From: Hydrurus foetidus
Taxonomy: Eukaryota
Assembly (NCBI GenBank): GCA_900617105.1
Contig: UYFQ01000001.1
Span: 1,612,001 to 1,676,000 of the forward strand
DNA: 64,000 bases
Direction of reading: 5' to 3'
Position 1 is the first letter of the stretch, and every line of letters starts with the position of its first letter. The position numbers and the translations under genes are program-made. Below the pieces are notes generated by a model that did not search any database, was not told the DNA's origin, and saw nothing but the letters and a program-made list of their open reading frames with translations. This document shows positions 41,960 to 53,235 of this stretch, piece by piece.

Positions 41960-43225
41960 AGCTTGGGCGTAACCTGCGCGGGCGCGGGCGGCGGCACGGT
42001 CAATGCCTTCCAAAGCAGCGCGTCAAGCGGCCCGTTAAGCGACGGCAACTTCAGCTACCAAGTCATTCGCGTGCCGCAATACGCCGCCGTTGCACTGACA
42101 GCCAACCTGACCCCTTACCCTGTAATGGCACAGCCGCTGGCGTGCTGGGCTTGCAGGCCAGCGGCGCGGTGAACTTGAACGGCTTTAACCTGAATGCCAA
42201 CGGCAGCGGATTTCGCGGCGGCGGGCAAACATTTGCGACGCCTAATGGCCCGCCGGTGATTGACCCGGTTAACCGCTCCACGCTTTACCGCGCAGTTGCA
42301 GGTGGCCTGCCGGGCGGCGAGCGTGAAGGTTCATTCAAAGGCGAAGGCATCGCTGGCACGCTGCGGCTGGTGTACAACGGCGCGGCTCAAGTTGATGCGT
42401 TGGTAGACGGCATTACCGGCGGCTCACGCGGGCGCGGCGCGCCGGGCAACGCTGGCGGCGGTGTCAGTTGTGACTTGGGCGCTTGGGGCGGCAACGGCGG
42501 CGGCATTGTGATTGGTCGCGCCGCCAGCTTGTCTTACACGGGCAGCTTGACCAGCAACGGCAACAACGGCTTGGGGCCCAATACGGGCGGCTCCTGCACT
42601 GACGCGGCTGGCGGCGCTGGTGCGGGCGGCACGCTGTACGCGGCGATTGGGGCCGTCTTGGGCGGGCGAGTGCTGCACTTTACAGGCGGTGCGGTCGGCA
42701 CCTCAAGCTATTCCGAACACGGCCATAGCGGCGGCGGCGGGGGTGCGGTGTACTACAACAGCTCGGCGGGCCTACCTAGTATCAGCGCCACCGGCGGGGC
42801 AAACGGCGTAGACACGCCCACTATTGCGCCCATCAGCGCCTGGTTTGCCACGTCGGGTACGGCCTCCGTCATCACCAGTTCAGTGGTCGCCGCAACCACC
42901 ACTTGCTCTACCCAGCTAGAGGTGCAAAAAAACAAACGGCACCACCATCGTGGCGGCAGGTTCCACCACCAGCTACACGGTAACATTCACCAACAGCGGC
43001 GCAGCAGCGGCGGACGGCAGTACCGTTAAAGAAGTGCCGAGTGCGGGCCTGAGCTGCACAGTAACTGCTTGCACGCCATCCAGCCTGCCCATTGCGGCGG
43101 CCTGCCCAGCGGCCGCCCAGTGGCCTGATTTACTGACCGCAGGCGGATTGCTGCTGGGCACCTTCCCGGCTGAAGCCACCATTACATTCAGCGTGTCTTG
43201 CGGCGTGGTAACTACCGGGCAGTAA
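41960..43225 (+). pseudogene. Relic of a Gly-rich surface protein with a DUF11-like C-terminus
   Basis: Three consecutive + frames (YQVIRVPQY; GFRGG...GAPGNAGGG; SYTVTFTNSG) joined by frameshifts; no clear start. Confidence 0.6.
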
Positions 43226-43261
43226 ACGCCGCTGGCAACCTGCGTGGTTGACAATACTCCC

Positions 43262-44038
43262 ATGCTCCCAATCGATATTGTTCAACCCACCGTCGCCACA
43301 ACTGATAACGCGGCGCAGTCAACGCCACCAAGCACCGTTAATGCTGCGGGCCCAGCCATGTTGCCGCCGCTGCCCCGCACCATTCGCAGCTTTGTTCGCC
43401 GCACTGGCCGCACCACGGCGGGCCAAGCCCGCGCATTTGAATCTGTGGGGCCGTTAGCCCTTGTTTCTTATGCGCCAGAAGCTATTGATTTAGTAGCGGT
43501 ATTCAACCGCAATGCACCCACCCTCTTAGAAATTGGTTTTGGTATGGGCGAGGCCACTGCGTACATTGCGGCGCACAGCCCCGAGAAGAATTTTCTCTGT
43601 TGCGAGGTGCACACGCCCGGCGTAGGCGCCTTGCTTAAACGGATTGAAGAACAACACCTTGCGAACATTCGCATCTTGCAACACGACGCAGTCGAAGTCA
43701 TTGACCACATGCTGGCACCCAACAGCCTGGACGGCATTCATGTCTTTTTTCCTGACCCTTGGCACAAGAAAAAACACAACAAGCGCCGCTTGATTCAAGC
43801 GCCGCTGGTGGCTAAGCTGGCCGCCCGACTCAGACCCGGCGGCTACCTGCATTGCGCCACTGACTGGCAGCCGTATGCTGAGCAAATTTTAGAAGTGCTG
43901 AGCGCCGAGCCGCTGCTGCAAAACACAGCGCCAGAAGGCTACGCGCCCAAGCCCGACTACCGGCCGTTGACCAAGTTTGAAAACCGCGGCATCAAGCTGG
44001 GGCATGGCGTGTGGGACGTGGTGTTCAAGCGGGTGTGA
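43262..44038 (+). CDS. trmB: tRNA (guanine-N7)-methyltransferase
   Basis: [24 protein letters not shown]. Confidence 0.96.
   Translation: MLPIDIVQPTVATTDNAAQSTPPSTVNAAGPAMLPPLPRTIRSFVRRTGRTTAGQARAFESVGPLALVSYAPEAIDLVAVFNRNAPTLLEIGFGMGEATAYIAAHSPEKNFLCCEVHTPGVGALLKRIEEQHLANIRILQHDAVEVIDHMLAPNSLDGIHVFFPDPWHKKKHNKRRLIQAPLVAKLAARLRPGGYLHCATDWQPYAEQILEVLSAEPLLQNTAPEGYAPKPDYRPLTKFENRGIKLGHGVWDVVFKRV
43444..43497 (-). repeat. Family-1 element (degenerate) inside trmB
   Basis: TAGCCC...GCGCCAGAAGCTATTGATTTAGTAGC; encodes [17 protein letters not shown]. Confidence 0.7.
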
Positions 44039-44052
44039 GCCAAAAAGAAGTG

Positions 44053-44982
44053 ATGCCTCTGCCCCTTAACGGCCTTCCCCTTAGCGGCCTTCCCCTTCAC
44101 GGCCTGCCCACCCGCAACGGCGTTGGCCCCAGTTGCGTCGGCTTGCCAAAAGGGCCGTGGCCCACCATCACTGACTTTTTAGTCGAACGCTTCCCGGCGA
44201 TCACACGCGGCGTGTGGCTGCAGCGAATGGACGACGGGCTGGTGGTCGACGAGTTCGGTGAGCCCGTCACCGCGCACCGCCCCTACCCCAGCCACCTGCG
44301 CATTTACTACTACCGAGATGTTGAAGTCGAAGCGCGCATTCCGTTTGACGAAGCCATCATCTACCAAGACGCGCATCTGGTCGTGGCCGACAAACCGCAT
44401 TTTTTGCCAGTCACGCCGTCGGGCCACTACCTGCAAGAAACGCTGCTGGTGCGCCTTAAAAAGCGCTTGGGGCTAGACACCCTGATTCCGATTCACCGCA
44501 TTGACCGGGAAACCGCCGGGCTGGTGCTGTTCAGCGTGCAGCCTGACGAGCGCAATGCTTACCAAGCCCTGTTTCGCGACCACGCAGTGACGAAACATTA
44601 CGAGGCGATTGCGGCGCTGCCAGGCGACCTCGTGTTTCCGCTGACCCGAACAAGCCGCATCGTTGAAGACGAGCCTTTTTTCAGGCAGCGCGAAGTGCCG
44701 GGCAAAGCCAACAGCGAAACGCAAATTGGTGTGATGCAGACCATCGGCGACCTGGCCCGGTACGCGTTGAGCCCAATCACGGGTAAAAAACACCAACTGC
44801 GTGTGCACATGAACGCACTGGGCCTGCCCATTTTGAATGACCGCATGTACCCGCCCGTGCCCAGTACGCCAGACGACGACTACAGCGCGGCGCTACAACT
44901 GCTGGCCAAGTCTATTGCGTTTACCGACCCCATCACGGGGGAGAAAAGACACTTTGAGAGCAGCTTGAAGCTGCACACTTAA
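44053..44982 (+). CDS. RluA-family pseudouridine synthase
   Basis: DKPHFLP, HRIDRETAG, TGKKHQLRVH. Confidence 0.9.
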   Translation: MPLPLNGLPLSGLPLHGLPTRNGVGPSCVGLPKGPWPTITDFLVERFPAITRGVWLQRMDDGLVVDEFGEPVTAHRPYPSHLRIYYYRDVEVEARIPFDEAIIYQDAHLVVADKPHFLPVTPSGHYLQETLLVRLKKRLGLDTLIPIHRIDRETAGLVLFSVQPDERNAYQALFRDHAVTKHYEAIAALPGDLVFPLTRTSRIVEDEPFFRQREVPGKANSETQIGVMQTIGDLARYALSPITGKKHQLRVHMNALGLPILNDRMYPPVPSTPDDDYSAALQLLAKSIAFTDPITGEKRHFESSLKLHT

Positions 44983-45035
44983 GGCTATGTCTATGTGGCC
45001 TGATCTATTTTCTTTCGTCATTTTAAAATCCAGTC

Positions 45036-46016
45036 ATGCCTTTATCCCCGCAATTCATTGAACACAGCGCGCCGCTAACCGCCGGGGCGCTTGATACGCC
45101 TGCCGAGTTGTCCCAAGGCCTGTTGGCGCAAAGCGCCAGCATCGCGCCCAAGTATTTTTACAACCGCCTCGGCTCGAAGTTATTTGAAGCCATTACCCTG
45201 CTTACCGAGTACTACCCCACTCGAATTGAAGCGGCGATTTTTGACCTGCACAGCCCGCAGATGGCAAAAGCGGTGCTGGACGCAGGCGTGCAAAACGCCA
45301 GCCTGATCGACCTCGGCGCAGGCAATTGCGCTAAAGCCGCTGCCTTCATTCCGTACTTGCAACCCGCGCAGTACGTGCCGGTTGATATTTCAATTGACTT
45401 CATGCGCGATGCGGCTACGCAGGTACAAGCCAGCTTTCCTGCTTTGAATATCGTCGGCGTAGGCATGGACTTTTCAAGCGCCTTGAGCTTGCCCGCAGCG
45501 GTGCAAAACTGTGATCGCGTTTTCTTCTACCCAGGCTCCAGCTTGGGCAACTTTGCGCCGAACGATGCGCTGCGTTTTTTGCAGCAGATTGCCGACTCCG
45601 CTCAAGGCAACGCCAGCGGCCTGCTGTTAGGTATAGACCTGGTCAAAGACGCTGCAGTTCTGCAAGCCGCCTACGACGACGCGCTAGGCGTGACAGCAGC
45701 GTTTAACAAAAACGTGCTGCTTAATATCAACGAACAACTGGGCAGCAATTTTGACTTGCGGCAGTGGCGACATGTTGGGCTGTTCAACGCGCAAGAGTCG
45801 CGAATTGAAATGCATTTGGAAGCTGTTGAAGCCACCACCGTGCGTTGGCCGGAGCACGAAAGAACCTTTAAAACAGGCGAACGTATTCACACTGAAAACT
45901 CATACAAGTACACGCTAGACGGAATGACTGCGCTGCTTAAAAAAGCGGGTTTCAGCCATGTGCAGCACTGGACGGATGCGCAAAGCTGGTTTGGCGTGTT
46001 TTGGGCTTCAACATAG
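45036..46016 (+). CDS. egtD: Histidine N-alpha-trimethyltransferase
   Basis: PKYFY, EYYPTR, GSSLGN, AYDDALGVTAAFN, HTENSYKY. Confidence 0.94.
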   Translation: MPLSPQFIEHSAPLTAGALDTPAELSQGLLAQSASIAPKYFYNRLGSKLFEAITLLTEYYPTRIEAAIFDLHSPQMAKAVLDAGVQNASLIDLGAGNCAKAAAFIPYLQPAQYVPVDISIDFMRDAATQVQASFPALNIVGVGMDFSSALSLPAAVQNCDRVFFYPGSSLGNFAPNDALRFLQQIADSAQGNASGLLLGIDLVKDAAVLQAAYDDALGVTAAFNKNVLLNINEQLGSNFDLRQWRHVGLFNAQESRIEMHLEAVEATTVRWPEHERTFKTGERIHTENSYKYTLDGMTALLKKAGFSHVQHWTDAQSWFGVFWAST

Positions 46017-46051
46017 CTTTTGAGGGCGATTTTTAGCCTTTTTTAGGCATA

Positions 46052-46105
46052 AAAAGTGCCGGTAGCCCAATGAATATGGGCGCGAGCAGCTATTTAATAT
46101 ATAGC
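46052..46105 (-). repeat. Family-1 element
   Basis: TAGCCCAATGAATATGGGCGCGAGCAGCTATTTAATATATAGC on the + strand. Confidence 0.88.
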
Positions 46106-46133
46106 GCTTTAGCGGCAGCGTTCATCCTCTCAA

Positions 46134-48875
46134 TCAAACGCGTTCAGTCACCCAGGCCTGTACTGACTTCAACGCATCAGGCAGTTTTGAAGCGTCAGTG
46201 CCGCCCGCCATGGCCATGTCAGCCTTGCCGCCGCCCTTGCCGCCGACTTGTTGGGCGACAAAGTTCACCAGCTCGCCAGCTTTTACTTTGCCTATGCTGT
46301 CCGGCGTGACACCCGCAGCTATTTGCACCTTGTCGCCATCAACGGCTGCCAGCACGATGATGGCGGTTTTCAGCTTGTCTTTGAGCTTGTCCATCGTGTC
46401 GCGCAGGGTTTTGGCGTCTGCCTCTTCTAGCCTGGCGGCCAGCACCTTGATGCCTTTGACATTGACCGCCTGCAGCATCAGCTCATCGCCCTGGGAAGAG
46501 GCCAATTTGCCTTTGAGTGCAGCGACTTCTTTCTCTAAGGTCTTGACGTGGTCGAGTACCTGATCAATGCGGTTTTGCAGCTCGGCCGGGTTGGCTTTGA
46601 GCGAGCCCGCAGCTGATTCAACCGTTGATTCAAGCGACTGTAAATAAGCTAAAGCGTTGCCACCTGTGACGGCCTCTACCCGGCGCACACCCGCAGCCAC
46701 GCCGCTTTCACCCGTGATTTTGAACAGGCCGATGTCTCCTGTACGGCCCACGTGCGTGCCGCCGCAGAGTTCTTTGCTGCTGCCAATGCTCAGCACCCGA
46801 ACCTTGTCGCCGTACTTTTCACCAAACAGCATCGTGGCGCCGGTTTTTTGCGCGGCTTCCATGTCCATCTCGCTGGCGTCTGTTGCGGCATTGGCCAGAA
46901 TCTCGGCGTTGACCAGCGTTTCAATCTCGCGGATTTGCGCGTCTGTTACCGGAGCGTTGTGGGTAAAGTCAAAACGGGTTTTGTCGGCATCGACCAAACT
47001 GCCCTTTTGCTGCACGTGCGTGCCCAGCACTTCGCGCAGCGCTTTGTGCATCAGGTGGGTGGCGCTGTGGTTGCGTATGGTGGCTGCGCGAATCGCCGTG
47101 CTGACTTGGGCGGTGACGGCGTCGCCTACTTTGAGCGTGCCCTGGCTCACGCTGCCGTGGTGACCGAAGACGTCAGCTTTGATTTTTTGCGTGTCTTGCA
47201 CATCGAAGACCGCACCCTCACCCCTGACCTCTCCCCGCACAGGGAGAGGGAGTAAATCCGCTTGACTTCCTCCCTCGCCCCTTTGCGGGGGAGAGGGTTG
47301 GGGTGAGGGGCTCCCCACGACGATCAAACCCCGATCCCCCACCTGCCCGCCACTCTCCGCATAAAACGGCGTGGTGTTCAGCACCACAATGCCGTTCTGC
47401 CCGGCGTTCAAGGACTGCACGGCCGCGCCGTCAAGGTACAGCGCCACCACTTTGGCGAGTTCTTCAAGCAGCGTGTAACCAGTGAAAGGATGCCCCGCGC
47501 CTGAATAATCAAGCGCCTTGTCCATCTTGAATTTGCCTGCAGCTCTGGCTTGGGCTTTTTGCTTGTCCATCGCGAGATGAAACCCAGCCTCATCCACACT
47601 CAAGCCGCGCTCCCGGCACACGTCCGCTGACAAGTCGAGCGGAAAGCCATACGTGTCGTGCAGCTTGAAGGCCACGTCGCCGGGCAAGACTTTGGTATCA
47701 AGCAGCGCCGCGTCCAAAATCGTCATACCGATTTCAAGTGTCTCAAAAAAACGCTCTTCCTCAACCCGCAGCACGTCCATCACCCGCGCTCCATCTGCCT
47801 TCAGGCGCGGATAAGCATCACCCATCAGCGCCACCAGATCTGGCACCAGCTTGTGGAAAAACGGCGTCTTTTTGCCCAGCTTGTAGCCGTGGCGAATGGC
47901 GCGGCGAATGATGCGGCGCTGCACGTAGCCGCGCCCTTCGTTCGATGGGTTCACACCGTCACTCACCAAAAACGCGGTGGCCCGAATGTGGTCGGCAATC
48001 ACGCGCAGGCTCTTGTTGTTCAAATCAGCTTCACCCGTCTCGCGCGCTGCCGCTTTGATGAGTTTGTCAAAAATATCAATCTCGTAGTTGCTGTGCACGT
48101 GCTGCAAGATGGCAGCCAAGCGCTCCAGACCCATGCCGGTATCTACACATGGCGCAGGCAGCTTGACCAGCGAGCCATCGGCCTGCATATCAAACTGCAT
48201 GAACACGTGATTCCAGATTTCGATGAAGCGGTCGCCGTCTTCACCCGGGCTGCCCGGTGGGCCGCCGGGAATGTGCTCGCCATGGTCGTAAAAAATCTCG
48301 CTGCACGGGCCGCACGGCCCGGTGTCGGCCATCATCCAGAAGTTATCAGACGCGTATTTTTTACCCTTGTTGTCGCCAATGCGCACGATGCGGTCAGCCG
48401 GCAAACCAATCTCGTTGTGCCAAATGTCGTAGGCCTCCTGGTCGTCGATGTACACCGTGGCCAGCAGCTTTTCAGGCGGCAGTTTGTACACCTGGGTCAG
48501 CAGCTCCCAGCCCCACAGCAATGATTCACGCTTGAAGTAGTCGCCAAAGCTCCAGTTACCCAGCATTTCAAAAAACGTGTGGTGGCGTGCGGTGTAGCCC
48601 ACGTTTTCAAGGTCATTGTGTTTGCCGCCTGCACGCAAACAGGCTTGTACGCTGGCCGCGCGCACGTAGCTGCGTTTGTCGGTACCCAAAAACACGTCTT
48701 TGAACTGCACCATGCCGGAGTTGGTGAACATCAGCGTGGGGTCGTTGCCCGGCACGAGTGATGAGGACGGCACAACCGTGTGGCCCTTGGCGGCGTAAAA
48801 GTCGAGGAAGGTTTTGCGGATGTCTGCAACGGAGATATTTGGAACGGTAGTTGGAGTAGTGTGTGTTGTAGTCAT
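46134..48875 (-). CDS. alaS: Alanine--tRNA ligase
   Basis: [34 protein letters not shown]. Confidence 0.98.
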   Translation of the reverse strand: MTTTHTTPTTVPNISVADIRKTFLDFYAAKGHTVVPSSSLVPGNDPTLMFTNSGMVQFKDVFLGTDKRSYVRAASVQACLRAGGKHNDLENVGYTARHHTFFEMLGNWSFGDYFKRESLLWGWELLTQVYKLPPEKLLATVYIDDQEAYDIWHNEIGLPADRIVRIGDNKGKKYASDNFWMMADTGPCGPCSEIFYDHGEHIPGGPPGSPGEDGDRFIEIWNHVFMQFDMQADGSLVKLPAPCVDTGMGLERLAAILQHVHSNYEIDIFDKLIKAAARETGEADLNNKSLRVIADHIRATAFLVSDGVNPSNEGRGYVQRRIIRRAIRHGYKLGKKTPFFHKLVPDLVALMGDAYPRLKADGARVMDVLRVEEERFFETLEIGMTILDAALLDTKVLPGDVAFKLHDTYGFPLDLSADVCRERGLSVDEAGFHLAMDKQKAQARAAGKFKMDKALDYSGAGHPFTGYTLLEELAKVVALYLDGAAVQSLNAGQNGIVVLNTTPFYAESGGQVGDRGLIVVGSPSPQPSPPQRGEGGSQADLLPLPVRGEVRGEGAVFDVQDTQKIKADVFGHHGSVSQGTLKVGDAVTAQVSTAIRAATIRNHSATHLMHKALREVLGTHVQQKGSLVDADKTRFDFTHNAPVTDAQIREIETLVNAEILANAATDASEMDMEAAQKTGATMLFGEKYGDKVRVLSIGSSKELCGGTHVGRTGDIGLFKITGESGVAAGVRRVEAVTGGNALAYLQSLESTVESAAGSLKANPAELQNRIDQVLDHVKTLEKEVAALKGKLASSQGDELMLQAVNVKGIKVLAARLEEADAKTLRDTMDKLKDKLKTAIIVLAAVDGDKVQIAAGVTPDSIGKVKAGELVNFVAQQVGGKGGGKADMAMAGGTDASKLPDALKSVQAWVTERV
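47215..47309. repeat. Family-2 inverted doublet in frame inside alaS
   Basis: CCCTCACCCC...GGGGTGAGGG; encodes [32 protein letters not shown]. Confidence 0.9.
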
Positions 48876-48897
48876 AAACAAATCAGAAAAATACAAA

Positions 48898-49323
48898 TCA
48901 AGTCAACAGATCAAGTTTGATACCGGAGAACTTTTTGAAGTCTTTGTCAAAACTGCCCATGGTTGCGTTGTGCTCAATAGACAGCGCAGCCAAGTGTGCG
49001 TCGTTGGTCAAGTTGCCTGCAGTGCCAGCAACCAACAATAACTTAGCCAAAATGTCCCCATGACGCTCTGTCGGTTGCAATATGCGAGCTCTGGGGTGCA
49101 ATAACCATGAGTCCACTAGTCCCAACGCATTGGCCGGAGTGAGCGGTGTTTTTAGAACGCCACGCTGAGTAGAAACGCGAATAAAACCAATCAATGCCAG
49201 CCACGCGAATCCGACCCCTGCTTCGCTGTCAAACGCTTTTTCTAACCACTTTGCAGCTTGATTTCTGAAAGGGCTGAATTCGTTGACCGAGTTGACGAGA
49301 ACGTTGGTGTCAGGAAGCTTCAT
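48898..49323 (-). CDS. vapC: VapC PIN-domain toxin
   Basis: [21 protein letters not shown]. Confidence 0.9.
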   Translation of the reverse strand: MKLPDTNVLVNSVNEFSPFRNQAAKWLEKAFDSEAGVGFAWLALIGFIRVSTQRGVLKTPLTPANALGLVDSWLLHPRARILQPTERHGDILAKLLLVAGTAGNLTNDAHLAALSIEHNATMGSFDKDFKKFSGIKLDLLT

Positions 49324-49621
49324 TGGACTTGTTGCGTTTCTTGGCTTCACGCTCCAGTCTCGCATTGAGTTTGATGAACTCCAGGTTGTCAAGCTCCGCG
49401 GCCAAACGATTCATGTTGGTTTCGGCAACAAGCAAAGGTCCCATATTAAAAGTCCTTTGGACAAATTTAGGTATTTTCTGTGCGACAGACCTGGCCGTCA
49501 AAGACACAATTTTCGCTACCGGCTTGTTGTGCCGCATGATGATGACTTCTTCACCCGCCTCTGCACGCGCAACATATTCGCTTAAATGCGTTTTAGCTTC
49601 AAACAGTCCGACGGCATGCAT
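49310..49621 (-). CDS. Phd/YefM antitoxin
   Basis: EAKTHLS...GEEVII..HNKPVAK. Confidence 0.9.
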   Translation of the reverse strand: MHAVGLFEAKTHLSEYVARAEAGEEVIIMRHNKPVAKIVSLTARSVAQKIPKFVQRTFNMGPLLVAETNMNRLAAELDNLEFIKLNARLEREAKKRNKSNEAS

Positions 49622-49687
49622 GGCAACTCCTTCAAGTTGATTGTCAATTCTAGTTTAATAAACCAGATTTTAACCCATCAGCAGGTT

Positions 49688-50612
49688 TCAAGCTGGCTTG
49701 CGGCTGCGCCCAACGCGCGACTGCTCCCGCGCCAGCTCAATAAATTCCACCACGACAGGTCTGCTGGTCGAGCCACGCCGCCACACCACGCCCACGTCGA
49801 TGCTGGGCACTGCATCGCGCAGACTGCGCGCCTCAATATGGTCAGAGTCGAGCGGTCCAGGGGCGATACAGAAAATCAGGCAACAGCGCAATACCGGCAC
49901 CAATGCCGACCAGCGAGCGCACTGCCTCTAGCGATGAAGTGCGCATCAGCACAGGCGGCCGCAGCCCGCGGCGTGACCAAACGCTGCTCAGCACGCTTTC
50001 AAAACGGTCTGCTTCCAGCACCACTTGGGGAAAGGCGGCGCATTCTGCCAAGCTTAGCTCGGGGCGCTGCGCTAGTTCATGTCCCGCGGCCATCCACACC
50101 CGGTTCGGCAAGCTGGTCAGCACCTCAACCACCAGTGCCTGCGGGTCGCCTAGCGCGTTAGACACCATGATGGCTAAATCAACTTCGCCGTTAATCAGCA
50201 AATGCTCCAAAAATTGCGGCGCGTCTTCCGCCACTTAAATCGTGGCTGATTGGTGTGAGCGCTGACAACGTGCAAACAAATCGGCCAAGTAGTGGCCTGC
50301 CACCAGGCTGGTGACTCCCACTGTCAAGTTACCCGTCAACTCTTTAACCTACCCTCTTTCAATTTGCCCCGCCTCGGTAACGACAGCAATCACTTTGCGG
50401 GCGCTGGCCTGAAAGCGGTAGCCTTCTTGCGTCAATGCCATGCCGTTGGACGTGCGCTCGAATAATTGAACCCCCAACGACTCTTCGAGCTCTTGCACAC
50501 TTTTTGTGACCGCAGATTACGAAACATTGATCATGCGGGCGGCAGCCACCGAAGACGTTCCAGACACCGCTAGAAAATACCGAAATTGCCTGAGCGTGAT
50601 GTTGCGGTTCAT
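49688..50612 (-). pseudogene. LysR regulator pseudogene
   Basis: ITLRQFRYF start; TAA at 50517-50519 and 50235-50237; frameshift near 49870. Confidence 0.85.
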
Positions 50613-50813
50613 GGGCGATTCATGAGCAGTGCATTGACAAGTGAGCAGCGCTGCCGATGACGAAACGGGTTTTCCCTTGCTATCTGAATGTCAGATAGCA
50701 AAAACTGCGAATAATGAACTTGTGTGCGTGCGATGTCAAGATTACGTTTTGTGTTGATAACCCTCTGCCGGCACACCTGGATCAATCTCCCAACCTTAAC
50801 TGGAGAGCTTCCG

Positions 50814-51972
50814 ATGAAACTTCTGAAATATGCAGCGCTGGCTTTTGGAGCAATGGCGCTTGGCGGCTTAGCTCAAGCGAAAGATCCTCTGAAAAGCATC
50901 GGCAAAAGCGAAGGTCAAGTCGACATCGTTGCTTGGGCTGGCTACATCGAACGCGGTGCCACTGACAAAAAATTCGACTGGGTAACTGACTTTGAAAAAG
51001 CCAGTGGCTGCAAAGTCAACGTAAAAACGGCCGGCACATCAGACGAAATGGTGGCGCTGATGAACGAAGGCGGCGTTGACTTGGTCAGCGCTTCCGGCGA
51101 CGCCAGCACGCGTTTGATTCGCGGCAAAAAGCTCCAACCCATCAACATCAACTTGATTCCGAGCTACAAAAACATTGATGTGCGCCTACAAAGCGCCTTG
51201 GTACTTTGACAACAACGTGCATTACGGCGTGCCTTACCAATGGGGCTGGAACGTACTGATGAACAACACCAAAGTGTTTGGCGACAAAAAGCCAACCACG
51301 TGGAGCTTGGTGTTTGAAGAGCAAAACCTGCCCGACGGCAAAAGCAACAAAGGCCGCGTGCAGGCTTTTGATGGCCCGATTTACATCGCCGACGCCGCGC
51401 TGTATGTGATGAAAAAAAACCCGGCGCTGGGCATTAAAGATCCGTACGAGCTGGACGAAGTGCAGTACAAAGCAGCGCTTGACTTGCTGCACGGCCAACG
51501 CAAACTAGTGGGCAAATACTGGCACGATGCGTTTGTTCAAATCAACGACTTCACCAACGAAGGCGTGGTAGCTTCAGGCAGCTAGCAGTTCCAGGCGAAC
51601 ATCTTGGGTTCGAAAAAGGCAGCCATTGCCACTACCATTCCCGTTGAGGGCGCTACCGGCTGGGCGGACTCAACCATGATGCACGTTGATGCCGAAAAAC
51701 CGAACTGTGCCTTCAGGTGGATGGAACATTCGCTCAACCCTAAATTGCAAGGTGACTTGTCAGCCTGGTTTGGCTCGGTACCGTCGGTGCCAGCCGCCTG
51801 CAAAGGCAATGCGCTGCTGACCGACGCTGGTTGCGCACGCCAAGGCTTTAACGATTTCGAGAAAATCTCGTTTTGGAAAACACCGGTCACCCAGTGCAAA
51901 ACGCAAGACAACAAATGCGTTCCGCACCACAAATGGGCGTCTGACTACATCTCGATTCTGGGCGGCCGATAA
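50814..51972 (+). pseudogene. Polyamine ABC substrate-binding protein (YdcS-like), disrupted
   Basis: AWAGYIERG, YGVPYQWG, EGATGWAD; frameshift near 51195 and TAG 51583-51585. Confidence 0.85.
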
Positions 51973-52132
51973 GCTGCAAGCTTTGGGTATAAGGGCTGGC
52001 AGCGCTCGCTTGACAAGCTAAACCAGCCCTTGTGCGCCCAACGACGCAAGCCCCACTACGCGGTGTTGTGGGGCTAGGTGATGATGTCACCTCGATCTAT
52101 TAATCCAGAATTTTCTCGAAAGGCTGTGCCGG

Positions 52133-53230
52133 ATGCCTCACGCCGTTACTTTGCGAGATGTCTCGTGCACCTTTAAATCTGGGGGCAAGTTAGTTCACGC
52201 CGTCAGCAACGTCGACCTCGAAGTCAGAACCGGCGAATTTTTTACATTGCTGGGGCCATCGGGTTCGGGCAAAACAACTTGCCTGCGGATGATTGGTGGC
52301 TTTACTTTGCCCACCAGCGGGCGCATCGAAATCGCGGGTGTTGATGTCAGTTTGCAACTGCCGTACGCGCGCCTCGTCAACACGGTATTTCAAGATTCCG
52401 CGATGTTCTTGCACATGACCGTGCTCGACAACGTTGCGTATGGCCTGATGGTGCACGGCGTTGACCGAAAAACGCGCGAAGCAAAGGCCAACGCCCTGCT
52501 GGAGACCATGCAACTGCCCGACGCTGCGCAGCGCAAGCCGCCGCAGCTATCCGGTGGGCAGCGTCAGCATGTAGCGCTGGCTCGCGCCTTGATTAATGAG
52601 CCAAAAGTGTTGCTTCTGGATGAGCCGCTGGGCGCGTTTGATTTAAAACTGCGCGAGCAAATGCAGAGCGAGCTCAAAAGCTTGCAGCGCAGGCTGGGCA
52701 TTACTTTTATTTTTGTCCCCTACGATCAGCATGAAGTGCTTTCAATGAATGATCGCATTGGCGTTTTCAACAAGGGCCGCATAGAGCAAATAGCCACGCC
52801 CGATGAGCTGTACCACTGGCCCAGCACTCGCTTTGTGGCGGAGTTTGTGGGCACTGCCAACATTCTTGCGGGAAAAGACGCACAGCGCCTCGGCCGCAGC
52901 GGCGCCATCATGATTCGGCCCGAACAAATCACCATGCTCTACGGACACCCCAACCAAAACACCGATGCCGGCGCGGCACACTTGGCTGTGGGAGTAGTCA
53001 AAGAAGTCCAATTTTTCGGAGCTTTTTGGCGCGTGAGTATGCAGGGTTATGAAGGCGGCGCACATTTTTTAGTCGACGTGCCTTTGCAGCGAGGTAAGCC
53101 AACTCCCGAGTTGGGCGGCACGGCAAAACTGTTTTGGGACGCGAACAGCATTCACCCCATCTCCGGATCAATCTCCCAATCAACCGCCGGGCACAGCGGA
53201 TTTGCAGCGTCGGGCGGCCAGGCCAGGTAA
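52133..53230 (+). CDS. ABC ATP-binding protein (PotA/YdcT-like), probably decaying
   Basis: GPSGSGKTT, LSGGQ, LLLDEP; H-loop altered to FVPYDQ. Confidence 0.8.
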   Translation: MPHAVTLRDVSCTFKSGGKLVHAVSNVDLEVRTGEFFTLLGPSGSGKTTCLRMIGGFTLPTSGRIEIAGVDVSLQLPYARLVNTVFQDSAMFLHMTVLDNVAYGLMVHGVDRKTREAKANALLETMQLPDAAQRKPPQLSGGQRQHVALARALINEPKVLLLDEPLGAFDLKLREQMQSELKSLQRRLGITFIFVPYDQHEVLSMNDRIGVFNKGRIEQIATPDELYHWPSTRFVAEFVGTANILAGKDAQRLGRSGAIMIRPEQITMLYGHPNQNTDAGAAHLAVGVVKEVQFFGAFWRVSMQGYEGGAHFLVDVPLQRGKPTPELGGTAKLFWDANSIHPISGSISQSTAGHSGFAASGGQAR

Positions 53231-53235
53231 AAGCT

